NCBI GenBank assembly: GCA_963729625.1
Contig: CAVSOU010000008.1
Span: 1 to 64,000, forward strand
Direction of reading: 5' to 3'
Length of the DNA stretch: 64,000 nucleotides
DNA from: an uncultured bacterium
GTDB taxonomy: Bacteria > Chloroflexota > UBA5177 > JANWHV01
Shown: piece after piece, positions 51,032 to 63,437 of the stretch
How positions within the stretch are numbered: position 1 is the stretch's first letter
Layout of the letters: each line of letters opens with the position of its first letter
The notes under the pieces: generated by a model
Seen by the model: only the letters and a program-made list of their open reading frames with translations
The model's database searches: none
What the model was told of the DNA's origin: nothing
Program-made: the position numbers and the translations under genes

Positions 51032-51979
51032 CTAGAGACGCCAGAGCATGGGAACGGTACCGAGACCGAGATAGATGAGCAGGGCCCAGAACCCGGACAG
51101 TGTGGACAGCTGGGTGGCCGCTCTGGTGATCGGCCGGCGCATGAAGTGCACGGCGCGCAGCGCGGCGCCAGGAACGAATACTGCGCAGACGACAGCGGCT
51201 GGCAAGGGAAAACCGACCTGAAAGCCTGCAGCAATGGCAGCCGCCGCAGTGACCACGAGCGTGGCTAGCCAGATGTAGGCCGCGCGGGCGCTTCCCCATA
51301 GGGCGGTGTAGGTCTGAACGCCGCGCTCCTCGTCCTGCGGGGCACGAATCTTGCGCCCTATCTCCAGCACAAAGCCGTTGCAAAAACTCATCAGCAGCAG
51401 AAATAGCAGGCCGCGCGCCGGCGCGGCGCCCGCCACGCGCCAATCGCACGCGCTGCAGTAGAGGTCGACCAGCGGCAGAATCAGCATGTGCGTCCACATG
51501 TAGGTGACGGGGCGTGCCTTGAGCCATGCGCGGGCGAAGAACTCGCAGCTCATCAATGTGAGATAGAGCCAGACGATGGCGAGCAGCGGCAGCAATGCCG
51601 GGGAGAGCCAGAACGCGAGCGCAGCCTGCGCAATCGCGGCTGCAAACGCCAGGCAGCCCAGCTCACGCAGACTGATGAGCCCGCGCGGCACTGGACGATA
51701 CGGCCGGTAGAGTGCGTCCTCCTCACGATCCTTGAACTCATCGGCGATGCGCAGCTGTAGGAAGAACAGAAAGGCAGTGGCGAATGCCACGAATAGCGCC
51801 CTGGCACCGGGTAGCTGGACGTGATCGGGGGTTCGCAGCTGGACAGAGAACCCGACCGTGGCGCTGCTGAAAGCGGCGATCAGCAGGCCGTGGCTTACCA
51901 GCGGAAAGCGCTCCCGCTGATAGGTCCACCAGCGTGAGGCCCACGCACGAGCGTTCGCGGGGTACACATGCGCGGCGAT
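51032..51979 (-). CDS. UbiA-like prenyltransferase family membrane protein
   Basis: WWTYQRERFP, LRIADEFKD.EED..YRPYRPVPRG, EIGRK; the codon after the RBS is ATC (alternative GTG at 51967). Confidence 0.8.
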   Translation of the reverse strand: MAAHVYPANARAWASRWWTYQRERFPLVSHGLLIAAFSSATVGFSVQLRTPDHVQLPGARALFVAFATAFLFFLQLRIADEFKDREEDALYRPYRPVPRGLISLRELGCLAFAAAIAQAALAFWLSPALLPLLAIVWLYLTLMSCEFFARAWLKARPVTYMWTHMLILPLVDLYCSACDWRVAGAAPARGLLFLLLMSFCNGFVLEIGRKIRAPQDEERGVQTYTALWGSARAAYIWLATLVVTAAAAIAAGFQVGFPLPAAVVCAVFVPGAALRAVHFMRRPITRAATQLSTLSGFWALLIYLGLGTVPMLWRL

Positions 51980-52315
51980 CGCCTTTTCCTCCCTGCCCGA
52001 ACAACTGGTCCTGCGAAACGCGGTGCCGGGACATCCGCCCCACGCAAAGGGGGATCGCGTCCGGCTCTGAGCCCATACTAGAACCGCCAACGCTCTACGA
52101 GACAGGCCAGGAGCTCTACAGAACTCTCGAACGAGCTCAACAAAACTCTCAGGCTGGCCTGACCGAGCCGTTCGACGAGGGCGCCGCGCTGGCGCAGTAC
52201 AGCGAGCGCGCCGAGCTTGTGCTTGCCGGAGGCAAAGTAGAGCCGACTCGAACAGCTGCGGGCGACTGTGCTTCACGGGAACCGCTGCGCCGCATGCGCA
52301 GCGCATTGTTGCGCG

Positions 52316-52726
52316 CTACGCGCCCGTGGGCGGTTGCAGCGCCGGTACGACGTCGGTGGCGGCGAAGTCCGTGCCCTTATAGAGAAGCGGTTCATCCGCG
52401 TCTTTGGCCAAGGCATACGCGAAGCAATCGCCGAAGTTCAGTTGCGCGGGGTGCCCGCTGCCCTTACCGAAATCGCGGTAGGCTTGACGTGCCAGGCGCG
52501 CCTGTATTTCCGTGACCGGTTCCAGGGTAATGCCTGCTTCCCGGAGCAGATCATCGTAGCGGCGACTGGCAATCGGATCGCGACTGCCGTCGATGACCGC
52601 GGCGGCCTCCACGAAGTTGGCTGTCGACAGGCGGGAATGCTCCGCAGCCGCAAGGGCCGTGGCCAGAATCAGGGCGTCGGGCTCGGCGCGAAGTATGGCA
52701 ATAAGGGCGGATGTATCGACGATCAT
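52316..52726 (-). CDS. vapC: VapC PIN-domain toxin
   Basis: [32 protein letters not shown]. Confidence 0.93.
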   Translation of the reverse strand: MIVDTSALIAILRAEPDALILATALAAAEHSRLSTANFVEAAAVIDGSRDPIASRRYDDLLREAGITLEPVTEIQARLARQAYRDFGKGSGHPAQLNFGDCFAYALAKDADEPLLYKGTDFAATDVVPALQPPTGA

Positions 52727-52977
52727 CTGGGCAGGCCGTGCTCGTCATACAGCAAGTCGGAATGATCCACGGTGCGATAGGCCTCGGTCAGGTGACTTGC
52801 GCAGTCGTTGCCGATAGCGACGAGGCGCGCGGCGCGATCGCTCAGCCTTCCGCGGCGAACGCGATCGAGACGCTCGCGAAGGGCAATCGTGACCGCGGTC
52901 GTTTGGCTCTCGCCGGTGAGCTCGGCAAGAGTGCGCGCCAATCGATGCGCCTCTTCATTCTTGATATTCATGCTCAT
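52723..52977 (-). CDS. vapB: VapB antitoxin
   Basis: [30 protein letters not shown]; ATGA overlap. Confidence 0.9.
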   Translation of the reverse strand: MSMNIKNEEAHRLARTLAELTGESQTTAVTIALRERLDRVRRGRLSDRAARLVAIGNDCASHLTEAYRTVDHSDLLYDEHGLPR

Positions 52978-53149
52978 GATGCTAGATACCTACCTCTCTT
53001 CTCTACCATTCTACCATAGCTGCATCGCCTCTTGGGCCCTTGGCGTTGAGCGAGATGACTTGAGACATGACGTTGTAGCGCGTGCGAGCGTTTTCTGCCC
53101 GCCTTGCGGGACAGGAGGCCGTGGAAGGCGATAGCATGAGTGGCAATAG

Positions 53150-54616
<1,467 letters not shown>

Positions 54617-54623
54617 TGCCGTA

Positions 54624-55442
54624 TTACACGGCGTGGTAGGGTGAGCCCGGCAAGCGCAAGCCGTGCAAACGGCGCACAATAGCGCCGAGCGATTCGTCGC
54701 CCTGTCGCCACCAGGTGTACAGGGTGACGAGCGCCCCGGATGCCAGTACGACACCAACGGCGCCCAGTACATCCAAGATGTAGTGGTTGCCGGTGATAAT
54801 GACCACCAAGATCATGACAATAGGATAGGCCAGGGCTGCTAGTCGAAGCAGGAGCGGCCTGACGGCCCATGCCAGCGTCAATCCGACGATCAACGCCCAT
54901 GCCACGTGCACACTCGGCATCGCCGCGTATTCGTTGAAACCGACCTTCAGCCCCCTGGCCCCGCCAAATACGGCATCCAGAAAGTGATACGGATGGCCGT
55001 CGTAGCGTAAGCCACTGGCCAGGCGCGGCGGAGCCAAAGGAAAGCTTTCGTACAGCAACACCGCGAACGTGTTGGTCACCAAGAAGATGTTGCGGAGGAA
55101 CGAGAACAGCGCACGCCGGCGCAGGAAGACCCAAACGGCAAATGCGAGGGTGAACAACACGTGGCCCTGGCCGTAGACCATATCCACTACCATCGTCACC
55201 TGCGTCCAGCCGATGGTGACGCCAAAGAGCGAGTGGCTATGCGCGAAGAAGGACTGGATTCCAGGCTCGATCCAAAGGTCGTGGTTGGCCTCGAAGTTCG
55301 CCACGTGCAGGGCGTTCGCCAGCCCGATGTTGGCATTGGTACGAGGGACCAGCGCGTGCGCGAAATCGTCGGTCAGCTCGACAGCAGTAACCAACAGAAG
55401 GTTGGCGAGGAGATACATCCAATCTCGCCACGTCGTTCGCAT
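54624..55442 (-). CDS. PAP2_3 (Aur1/IPC synthase-like) membrane protein
   Basis: PLAPPR, NEYAAMPSVHVAWA, TGNHYILD. Confidence 0.85.
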   Translation of the reverse strand: MRTTWRDWMYLLANLLLVTAVELTDDFAHALVPRTNANIGLANALHVANFEANHDLWIEPGIQSFFAHSHSLFGVTIGWTQVTMVVDMVYGQGHVLFTLAFAVWVFLRRRALFSFLRNIFLVTNTFAVLLYESFPLAPPRLASGLRYDGHPYHFLDAVFGGARGLKVGFNEYAAMPSVHVAWALIVGLTLAWAVRPLLLRLAALAYPIVMILVVIITGNHYILDVLGAVGVVLASGALVTLYTWWRQGDESLGAIVRRLHGLRLPGSPYHAV

Positions 55443-56228
55443 GCTGCGAAACGGACCACGGACTTGGTCACGGCGGTTCCGCTGACGAATATAGCTACTT
55501 GTGCTTTGGCAGCGTGTCGCCACTGGCCGGCCTCTTCCACCTGAGCCTCATAGCGTCGAGTACCTGGATAGTAAAGGTATCCGAAACTGCGGTCAATACC
55601 TTCACATCGGCGTTCGCGTTCATCTGTAGTTCATGATGCCTTGAAAAGTGCCTTCTTGGGAAGACCACAGACCCGATCGTCGGCTAATTGTTCCCAATTT
55701 GTCACTCGCGCCCACCGCTGCTCTATGCACCCGGCAGCCTCACCCGGTCGCACGCAGCCGCTAGCCGCTCAAGCATGCTGATGAATGACACGAGCGCGGC
55801 GTCGAGACGTGCCGACTGGCGTCAGCTGGAGGCGCGACCCGGCCCAGGATGCCGAAGCGCCGTCCGGCGCAACGGCGGCCTGGTCGGCGAGAATACTGCT
55901 GATCCTGAACTGGGTCGACAGTCTGCCGTGGCCGAGCGGCGCTGCTCGGGCTGCGCAGGCAATTGACAGACGCAGATAAGTCCTATAATATCATAATGTC
56001 TTGCGAGGAGTTCCTGGAGTGTTCGGCCCGGCGCAAGCGGAATCGTCATCTTGACGGAACTCCGGCGGGTGGTGGGCGGTGCCAATCACGGCGAGCAGCA
56101 AGGCGGGGCAGAAGGTAGATGCCTCGGACGCGTACCGGCAGATGCGGTAGGATGCACGTACAGGTTGGCAGAGGCCAACCGCACAAGCAGGTCGCGAACA
56201 CTCTCCACGAGGGTGCTGGTAGCATGGT

Positions 56229-57338
56229 ATGGTGACGTATTGTCCTTCATGTCGCGCCTCGGTGCATATGGGCGCGCTCTTTTGTTCAGCCTGCGGGTCC
56301 GGGTTGGCATGTGCCAATAGGCCGGCACAACCGCAGACACGCAACAGGCGCCGGACAGATCACGCCTTGCTTCCCGGGATGTTGCTTGGCACGCGCTACC
56401 GTATCGAGGCGCCCCTGGCTTGCGGCGCGATGGGCGCCGTCTGGCGTGCGCGTGACGAGCGCCTGCATGGACGGCTCTGCGCGGTGAAGAGCCTGCTGCT
56501 CGAGCCCTCCACCCCGGAGGATGAGCGCGAGCACCTTGCCTGGTTTCAGCGCGAAATGGCCGTGCTCTCGCAACTCAGCCACCCCTCGATCTGCAACATC
56601 CTCGACGTGGTGTCCGAACGTGGAACCACGCACCACATGGTGATGGAATTCGTCGAAGGAAAGACCCTTGCCCAGGAAGTGGCGGAGCATGGCAGTCCCG
56701 GCATGAACGAATCCACCGTGTTGCCGTGGGCCCGCGAGCTTGCCGATGCGCTTGCCTATCTCCACGCGCACGTGCCACAAGTGATCTTCCGTGATCTCAA
56801 GCCGGCGAATGTGATGCTGCGGCCGGATGGCCATCTGACACTGATCGACTTCGGGATCGCGCGGTTCAGGCAGGCGGTGACGGGGACTGCCATCGGCACC
56901 GGCGGCTATGCGGCACCGGAACAGTACCAGGGCCTCGCGTTGCCGCAGTCTGATATCTACGGGCTGTCCGCCACGCTGCACCATGTGCTCACCGGTCGAA
57001 ACCCACAGCTCTACCCGCCTTTTACCTTCCCGCTCGTGCGAAACCTGGCGCCGGCGGTCAGCGCCACGGTTGAAGCGGCGATCGCGCGTGCTCTCTGCAT
57101 GCGGCCCGCCGATCGCTTCACATCTGTCACGGAGTTCTGGCGCGCTCTCGACAGCGGTGTCCAGGCGCCCGTCTCTGCGCGCCATGCAGGGCAGCATCTG
57201 GCGGCCGCTTCCGCGAGCGCTCCATCGTACGAAGATCCCGCCGCGCAGCGTGTGCTGCAGCGCCGCTCATCGCGCGCAGGCGGGCGGAGCTCGTCTATCT
57301 ATAGTGTCCAGTGGGCGCCGCTGCCGCCCTCGACCTGA
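56229..57338 (+). CDS. Ser/Thr protein kinase with N-terminal zinc ribbon
   Basis: CPSC..CSACG; GAMGAV, AVK, FRDLKPAN, DFG, YAAPEQ. Confidence 0.88.
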   Translation: MVTYCPSCRASVHMGALFCSACGSGLACANRPAQPQTRNRRRTDHALLPGMLLGTRYRIEAPLACGAMGAVWRARDERLHGRLCAVKSLLLEPSTPEDEREHLAWFQREMAVLSQLSHPSICNILDVVSERGTTHHMVMEFVEGKTLAQEVAEHGSPGMNESTVLPWARELADALAYLHAHVPQVIFRDLKPANVMLRPDGHLTLIDFGIARFRQAVTGTAIGTGGYAAPEQYQGLALPQSDIYGLSATLHHVLTGRNPQLYPPFTFPLVRNLAPAVSATVEAAIARALCMRPADRFTSVTEFWRALDSGVQAPVSARHAGQHLAAASASAPSYEDPAAQRVLQRRSSRAGGRSSSIYSVQWAPLPPST

Positions 57339-57376
57339 TCGGACTATCCCCTAATTCCGGGAGCCACGTGGTGCTG

Positions 57377-59110
57377 TTAGGTGAGGAACACCTCCTCTTG
57401 CGCCTTCAGCATCGCCCGGTATAGCCCATCGCGCGCGCTGAGCTGAGCATGAGTGCCGCGCTCCACCACGCGCCCGCGATCGAGCACCACGATCTCCGCC
57501 ATGCGCTCCATGGCGATCAGCCGGTGTGTGATCACCAGCACGGCGCGGTCCTGCGTCCGAGCGTGAATGGCTGCCAGCAGTTGCTCCTCCGTGTCGGGGT
57601 CGAGATTCGCCGTCGCTTCATCGAGGATGAGGATAGGCGCCTCTTTGAGCACCGCGCGCGCCACGGCAAGTCGTTGCCGCTCGCCGCCCGACAGCGTGAG
57701 GCCCTGCTCGCCCACCCAACCGTCGAGGCCGCCTGCCAGCGACGCTGGGAGATCGCCGAGCTGCGCGACGGCCAGCGCGTCGATGAGCTGGTCGTTCGAG
57801 GCGTCGGACCGACCGACAAGGAGATTGTTGCGCAGGGTGTCGGTGAACAGCACCGTGTCCTGACTGACCACCGCGAAGGCGCCACGCAGATCTTCGAGCC
57901 GGTAGGAGCTTACTGGTGAGCCGCCGGCAAACACGGTGCCGGCATCAGCCTCCCAGAATCGAAGCGCCAGACCGGCGAGCGTGCTCTTCCCGGCGCCGCT
58001 CTGGCCGACGACCGCGGTCCACCGGCCCGGCTCAACCCGGAGACTGACATCGTCGAGCACTAGGCCCTCCGCTCGGTCGTAGGAGAAGCAAACATGTTCG
58101 AAGCTCAGCGACGGCTTGCCGGGCATTGCCGCCGGCTGCCGCGGGTCGCGAATCACGGGCTCGGCATTGGCTACGTCGAGCAGGCGATGCGCGGCGGTGA
58201 GCCCTCGCCCCAACGTGGCGAAGGCGACGCCCAATGGCTGTACCGCCTCGAAGCCGGCCAGCATGAGCAGGATGAGGAATCCGAGATACACGCCGCCAAT
58301 GCGGCCGGCATCGACCTGTGGAATGGCAAGCGCGAGGACCGTCACCACCGACAGGGTAGTCAGAGCCGCTCCGAGCGCGCCCTGGAAACCACCGATGCGC
58401 GCCTGCCGCAACTGCAGCCGTCCGGCCTTCTGTTCTATCTTGGCGAGACGCTCCGCGTGGTCGGCGCCGCGGCCGCAGTTGAGCAGATCGGGCATTCCCT
58501 GGATCCCCTCGATCGTGCGGTCGTACAGGGCGCTGCGCGTCGCCAGGTGCTGCTCCCCCAGTCCGCGAGCGCACCAAAGGGCCAGAGCGGGAACGCCCAC
58601 GCCCGCGGCCAGCAGGAACAGTGCCGCGCTGAGCGCCAGGACCGGGCTGAAGAGCGCGAACACGGCAGTGATGGCGCAAAAGGAGCAGGCGGCGACCGCT
58701 ACCGGCGAGAAGATGCGCAGGTAGAGATGCTGCAGCTCGTCCAGATCGGCGGTCAGGCGGACAAGCAGATCGCCGCTGCCATGCCCCACGATCGCTGCAG
58801 GCACCAAAGGCGCGAGACGGCTGAAGAGCCAAACCCGCAGATCGGCCAGGAGGCTCAGCGCGGTACGGTGGGAGACCAGTCGCTCACCGTAGCGGAGCAA
58901 CGCTCTGCCAACGCCCAATACGCGCACCGCGTACATCGGAAAGGCCAAAGTCTCCAGCAGCGGCCTCAACGATGCGGCCGCCACAAGATACCCGGCGATT
59001 GCCAGCAGGCCCACGTTGGCGGCCAATGCCGCGCAGCTGAGGGCGAGCGCCAGCGCTATCTGTCGTCCGTGCGGCCGGATCGCGCGCGCAAGTCTCTCCG
59101 ACACGCTCAT
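57377..59110 (-). CDS. cydC: Thiol reductant ABC exporter subunit CydC
   Basis: VRVLGVGRALLRYGERLVSH, GQSGAGKST, LSGGERQR. Confidence 0.92.
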   Translation of the reverse strand: MSVSERLARAIRPHGRQIALALALSCAALAANVGLLAIAGYLVAAASLRPLLETLAFPMYAVRVLGVGRALLRYGERLVSHRTALSLLADLRVWLFSRLAPLVPAAIVGHGSGDLLVRLTADLDELQHLYLRIFSPVAVAACSFCAITAVFALFSPVLALSAALFLLAAGVGVPALALWCARGLGEQHLATRSALYDRTIEGIQGMPDLLNCGRGADHAERLAKIEQKAGRLQLRQARIGGFQGALGAALTTLSVVTVLALAIPQVDAGRIGGVYLGFLILLMLAGFEAVQPLGVAFATLGRGLTAAHRLLDVANAEPVIRDPRQPAAMPGKPSLSFEHVCFSYDRAEGLVLDDVSLRVEPGRWTAVVGQSGAGKSTLAGLALRFWEADAGTVFAGGSPVSSYRLEDLRGAFAVVSQDTVLFTDTLRNNLLVGRSDASNDQLIDALAVAQLGDLPASLAGGLDGWVGEQGLTLSGGERQRLAVARAVLKEAPILILDEATANLDPDTEEQLLAAIHARTQDRAVLVITHRLIAMERMAEIVVLDRGRVVERGTHAQLSARDGLYRAMLKAQEEVFLT

Positions 59111-60837
59111 ACCGCAACCCCACCGCGAGGAGAGACCAGCCGACTATAGAGCCCGCCGCACGCCAGCAACGATGCGTGCGTGCCGCTCTCGGCAATGCGG
59201 CCGCCGTCGAGCACCACGATCTTTTCCGCCGTATAGACGGTGTTGAGACGGTGGGCCACGATCAGAACCGTGCGATTCTGCATCAGTCGCGCCAGAGCCG
59301 AGCGAATCAGTGTCTCACTGAGCGGATCGAGACTCGACGTTGGCTCGTCGAGCACCAGGATCGGAGCATCCTGGAGGAACGCGCGAGCAATGGCAATGCG
59401 CTGCATTTCACCGCCCGAGAGGCGCGATCCGCGTTCGCCGACCGGCGTGTCGTACCCGCATGGCAGCCGGGCTATGAACTCCGCGGCCCCCGCGAGGTCA
59501 GCCGCCTGTTCGACCTCCTCCCGAGACGCTCGCGGCCTGCCGAGACAAATGTTGTCTCGAAGGGTACCGGCGAAGAGGTACGGGCGCTGCGGCACCACAG
59601 CGAGCTGCTTGCGCCAACTGCCGACAGAGAGCGAATCGATCGGCGTGTCTTCGACCGTGATCCGGCCTGAGTCGGGATTCTGGTAGCGCAGAAGAAGGTT
59701 GACGAGCGTGGTCTTACCCGAGCCACTTTTGCCGACGAGGGCCGTGCGCGCGCCGGCCGGCAGGGTGAGATCGACACCCGACAGCGCGGGCTTCTCACCA
59801 CCGGGGTAGGTATAGTGAATGCTCTCGAAGGAGATCGCCGGCGGTCGCGTGGCAGGCACGACCCCTGGCACGACAGGCGCCTGATTCGGCTCGCGCACGG
59901 CCAGGATCGCTTGTACGCGCGCGGCGGCCGCGGCGCCCTCCATCGCCGCGTGGCGATGCAGGCCAAGCTCGCGCAATGGGCGGTAGAACTCCGGCGTGAG
60001 CATCAGCACAAAGAAGGCGCGCTCGAAGGAGATGCCGCCCGAGATCAGTCGGATGCCGAGCGTCACAGCGATCAGCGCGATGGCGCCGGCAGTGATGAAC
60101 TCCAGCACCAGGCTGGAGAGAAACGCATAGCGCAGCGTCTGCAGCGTCTTGTCTCGATAGTCGCGCCCAATGCGTTGAAGGCGGGCACGCTCCCCGGCTG
60201 TCCGGCCGAAGGTAATCAGCGTCGCCAGGCCCTGCAACGCCTCGAGCATGTGGGCGTGCATGCGCGCGAGCGCCGTCCACTGGGCCCGCACATGGCTCTC
60301 CGCATAGCTGCCGACAAGGATCATAAGAAAGGGCAGGATGGGTGCGGTTGCCAGCAGCACCACTCCGCTGATCCAATCCTGCGTCCATACGGCTGTGGCA
60401 ATGAGCAGCGGCGCGATCACGCTCAGCAGCATCTGCGGCATATATCGGCCAACATAGGGCTCGATACGCTCGATGCCCTCCGTGGCCGTAGCCACCAGGT
60501 TGCCGGTTCGCTCACCGCGCAGGTAACTCGGCCCAAGCCGGAGAAGATGGCCGAACAATCGCGCGCGAAGGGCTGCTTTGCTCCGCAGGGCCGCGTGTTG
60601 GGCGGCGATCTCTCGCCCGAAGACCGCGCCCGCCTGCAGGACCGCGAGGGCAGCCACAAGCGCAAGCGTGGCCCCGGCTGCCTGCAGGCGCTCGTGATGC
60701 TGGAACACGTCGCCGGCAACACGGGCGATGAGAGCCATCTGGGCAATAGTAACGGCAGTCGCCAGTATCGAAAACGCGACGGCAAGAGCAAGCGTACGGA
60801 GGGGCACCTCCAGTAGAGCAAGGCGCACGCGCGGCAT
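59107..60837 (-). CDS. cydD: Thiol reductant ABC exporter subunit CydD
   Basis: TLRYAFLSSLVLE, PEFYRPLRELG..HA, GKSGSGKT, LSGGE. Confidence 0.92.
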   Translation of the reverse strand: MPRVRLALLEVPLRTLALAVAFSILATAVTIAQMALIARVAGDVFQHHERLQAAGATLALVAALAVLQAGAVFGREIAAQHAALRSKAALRARLFGHLLRLGPSYLRGERTGNLVATATEGIERIEPYVGRYMPQMLLSVIAPLLIATAVWTQDWISGVVLLATAPILPFLMILVGSYAESHVRAQWTALARMHAHMLEALQGLATLITFGRTAGERARLQRIGRDYRDKTLQTLRYAFLSSLVLEFITAGAIALIAVTLGIRLISGGISFERAFFVLMLTPEFYRPLRELGLHRHAAMEGAAAAARVQAILAVREPNQAPVVPGVVPATRPPAISFESIHYTYPGGEKPALSGVDLTLPAGARTALVGKSGSGKTTLVNLLLRYQNPDSGRITVEDTPIDSLSVGSWRKQLAVVPQRPYLFAGTLRDNICLGRPRASREEVEQAADLAGAAEFIARLPCGYDTPVGERGSRLSGGEMQRIAIARAFLQDAPILVLDEPTSSLDPLSETLIRSALARLMQNRTVLIVAHRLNTVYTAEKIVVLDGGRIAESGTHASLLACGGLYSRLVSPRGGVAV

Positions 60838-61297
60838 CGCCTAAAGGCCCTTCCTGTTCAGTCGACGTGCACGGGTCGCCTTTGCAAGCGGTGCGCCCCT
60901 GCATAGTGCTCCAGCCGTTGCACCACGGTACTCGCACTGAGCGTGCCGCGCAACCTCCTCCGATCGCCGGCGGCATAGGGCAACAGGCATGGCCCCACAT
61001 GACGGGTCTTGCTCGTCACGCAACGGACAGCGCACCCAGAAGCTATCTAGGCTCCGATGTACAGTGTAGCGCAGGGCTGAAGTCCGTCGTAGACAGGCTC
61101 GATGTGACCGGCAGAAGCTAGATGAGAGCCGCCGCTCCGGTTCCGGTTTTGGCCAAGCAGGAGGATGTCGCCCACCGGCTCCATGCGTTCCGATCACCGC
61201 AGGATGTGGGGCGGCCAACCTTCCGCCGGCGACCTTCGCGCCGCTGCTTTTACTCGCTTGCCAACCCAACTCGCGGCGATCACGTCACCTTGTGACC

Positions 61298-62452
61298 CTA
61301 AATCTGGCGCCCTGGCAAGGACAGAACCGGGCCCTGCGCGTACCGACGCAGCACCTCCTCGTCGAGTGTGACACCAAGTCCGGGTATCTCGGGTACGCGT
61401 ACCGTACCGTCCGATTCCAGCCTAAACGGATCGGCGATCAGATCGCGAGCAAGGGGCGAATCACTTACCGTGAATTCTGCCAGCTGTCCGTGCGGCATGG
61501 CGGCGACGAAGTGCAGGGAGGCAGCAGTGAGAATGCCGGTGGAGAAGGCATGCGGCACGCACATGAGATTGCGTCCAAAGGCATATTGAGCGACCCTCAT
61601 AGCCTGCGTCAGTCCGCCGGCGCGGGAGACATCGGGTTGCAGGACACCGACATGCCCCTCTTCAGCGAGAGTGACCAAACCGGAGTAGGTCGTCTCCTGT
61701 TCGCCGGCGGCGATACGCATGTCCACGGCATCAGCCAGCCTAGCATATCCGACCAGGTCGTCGGGCGGGAGCGGCTCTTCGAGCCAGAACAGATCGTAGG
61801 GCTCGAACTGGCGCGCCATCTTGATGGCGTGCGGAGCATCCCACACGAGGCCGATATCGATCATCAAATCCTTGTCTCCGGCCGCCTCGCGTGCGGCCTG
61901 CACGAGCTCCAGGTCGAGCCGCTCAGACACGCGCCCTAGAGGGCCCCAGCCAAGCTTGACAGCCGAGTAGCCTTGCTGGACATGCAGCGTGACGAGTTCA
62001 CGTGTCTCCGCCAACGTATGCGGCATGATCGCGCTTGCGTATACTCGTACGCGGTTGCGGTATGAGCCGCCAAGGAGTCTGTGCACTGGCTGACCGACGG
62101 CCTGGCCCATAATATCCCACAGAGCCATGTCGACACCGGCAATTGCCTGAAACGCGGCGCCGGAGCGGCCAAAATATATCGTGCCTTCCACCATCGCCTG
62201 CCATAACATTTGCACGTCCAGGGGGTCCCTCCCGAGGAGAATGGAGCGCAGCCCACGTGCCTGCAGGTGGCTTGGGGGTGCCTCAACTATCGCTTTTGCT
62301 ACCAACGGCGACGAGTCAACCTCACCCAGGCCGACCAGCCCTTCGTCGGTATGTACGCGGATGATCAGCGCGTCTTGGGTGCCATCAGAGCGTTCTGTGT
62401 CTACTTCGGGCAATCGCAATGCGATTGCTTCCACCTCGGTTATCCGCATCAT
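61298..62452 (-). CDS. Mandelate racemase/muconate lactonizing enzyme family protein
   Basis: VHTDEGLVGLGE, DMALWDI.G, WLEEP, AAGE, QPD, PGLG. Confidence 0.9.
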   Translation of the reverse strand: MMRITEVEAIALRLPEVDTERSDGTQDALIIRVHTDEGLVGLGEVDSSPLVAKAIVEAPPSHLQARGLRSILLGRDPLDVQMLWQAMVEGTIYFGRSGAAFQAIAGVDMALWDIMGQAVGQPVHRLLGGSYRNRVRVYASAIMPHTLAETRELVTLHVQQGYSAVKLGWGPLGRVSERLDLELVQAAREAAGDKDLMIDIGLVWDAPHAIKMARQFEPYDLFWLEEPLPPDDLVGYARLADAVDMRIAAGEQETTYSGLVTLAEEGHVGVLQPDVSRAGGLTQAMRVAQYAFGRNLMCVPHAFSTGILTAASLHFVAAMPHGQLAEFTVSDSPLARDLIADPFRLESDGTVRVPEIPGLGVTLDEEVLRRYAQGPVLSLPGRQI

Positions 62453-62548
62453 GATCCTCCTCACGCTAGTAGCGCCGAATGAGATACCGCATGGCAGCAC
62501 GACGCAGAGTGGCAGGTGCTGCCGAGCGCTCCGCCAGGAGAGTCGCGC

Positions 62549-63307
62549 CTATCGGGTCAGGATTGCCCGGAGGAACTCCTGTGTTCGCGGCTGTTGCGGC
62601 ATCGTGAACAAAGCATCCGGCAACCCCTCCTCGACGATAAGTCCAGAATCCATAAAGACGACTCTATCAGCCACTTGGCGCGCGAAATTCATCTCATGTG
62701 TAACAACAATCATTGTCATACCTCGGTCGGCCAACTGACGCATGACATCCAGCACCTCGTGCACCAACTCAGGATCGAGCGCGCTCGTAACTTCGTCAAA
62801 AAGCATCGCTTTCGGATGCATGGCCAGGGCCCGCGCAATGGCGACTCGCTGTTGCTGGCCACCCGAAAGTTGCTCAGGATATTGATCGGCCTGTTCGGAC
62901 AACCCTACTTGCTTCAAGAGGTCCCTGGCTATCTGCTCGGCCTCCTGTCGTGCAAGACCCTTCACATGAACCGGCGCTTCCATTACGTTCTTGAGCGCGG
63001 TGAGGTGTGGAAACAGGTTGAAGTGCTGAAACACCATACCTACTTTTTCACGCATCGCCACGATCCGCTTGGCGGAATACTGCTTCAAACGCCCGTTGAC
63101 CTCATCGCGATAGGCAAGTTCTCCCTCTATGAAGATGCGACCGCGCTCCGGTATCTCCAGGTAGTTGATGCAGCGCAGCAGGGTTGACTTGCCGCTGCCG
63201 GAAGGCCCGATCACACAGACGACTTCCCCCTGGCCGACTTCCATCGAAACTCCTCTGAGCACGTGGTTCGCCTTAAAGGACTTATGGATTTCTTCTAGCC
63301 GGATCAT
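62549..63307 (-). CDS. Polar amino acid ABC transporter ATP-binding protein
   Basis: [37 protein letters not shown]. Confidence 0.93.
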   Translation of the reverse strand: MIRLEEIHKSFKANHVLRGVSMEVGQGEVVCVIGPSGSGKSTLLRCINYLEIPERGRIFIEGELAYRDEVNGRLKQYSAKRIVAMREKVGMVFQHFNLFPHLTALKNVMEAPVHVKGLARQEAEQIARDLLKQVGLSEQADQYPEQLSGGQQQRVAIARALAMHPKAMLFDEVTSALDPELVHEVLDVMRQLADRGMTMIVVTHEMNFARQVADRVVFMDSGLIVEEGLPDALFTMPQQPRTQEFLRAILTR

Positions 63308-63437
63308 GTGTTCCCCGCTTCGAACTTCAGCCACACTTCGGCGATCACGGCACAATCGCCTTCCGGAAACTCAATCCTGACCGACAGTCCACCTGCTTGG
63401 CCCGCCAGAAGGCCGCACAGAAAACACTGCTGCCGCA

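Noticed and set aside
52316-52977. vapBC as part of the comM/TA array
   Set aside because: It lies 25 kb from the nearest comM piece, with no comM sequence or TGCTACAC leader in its flanks
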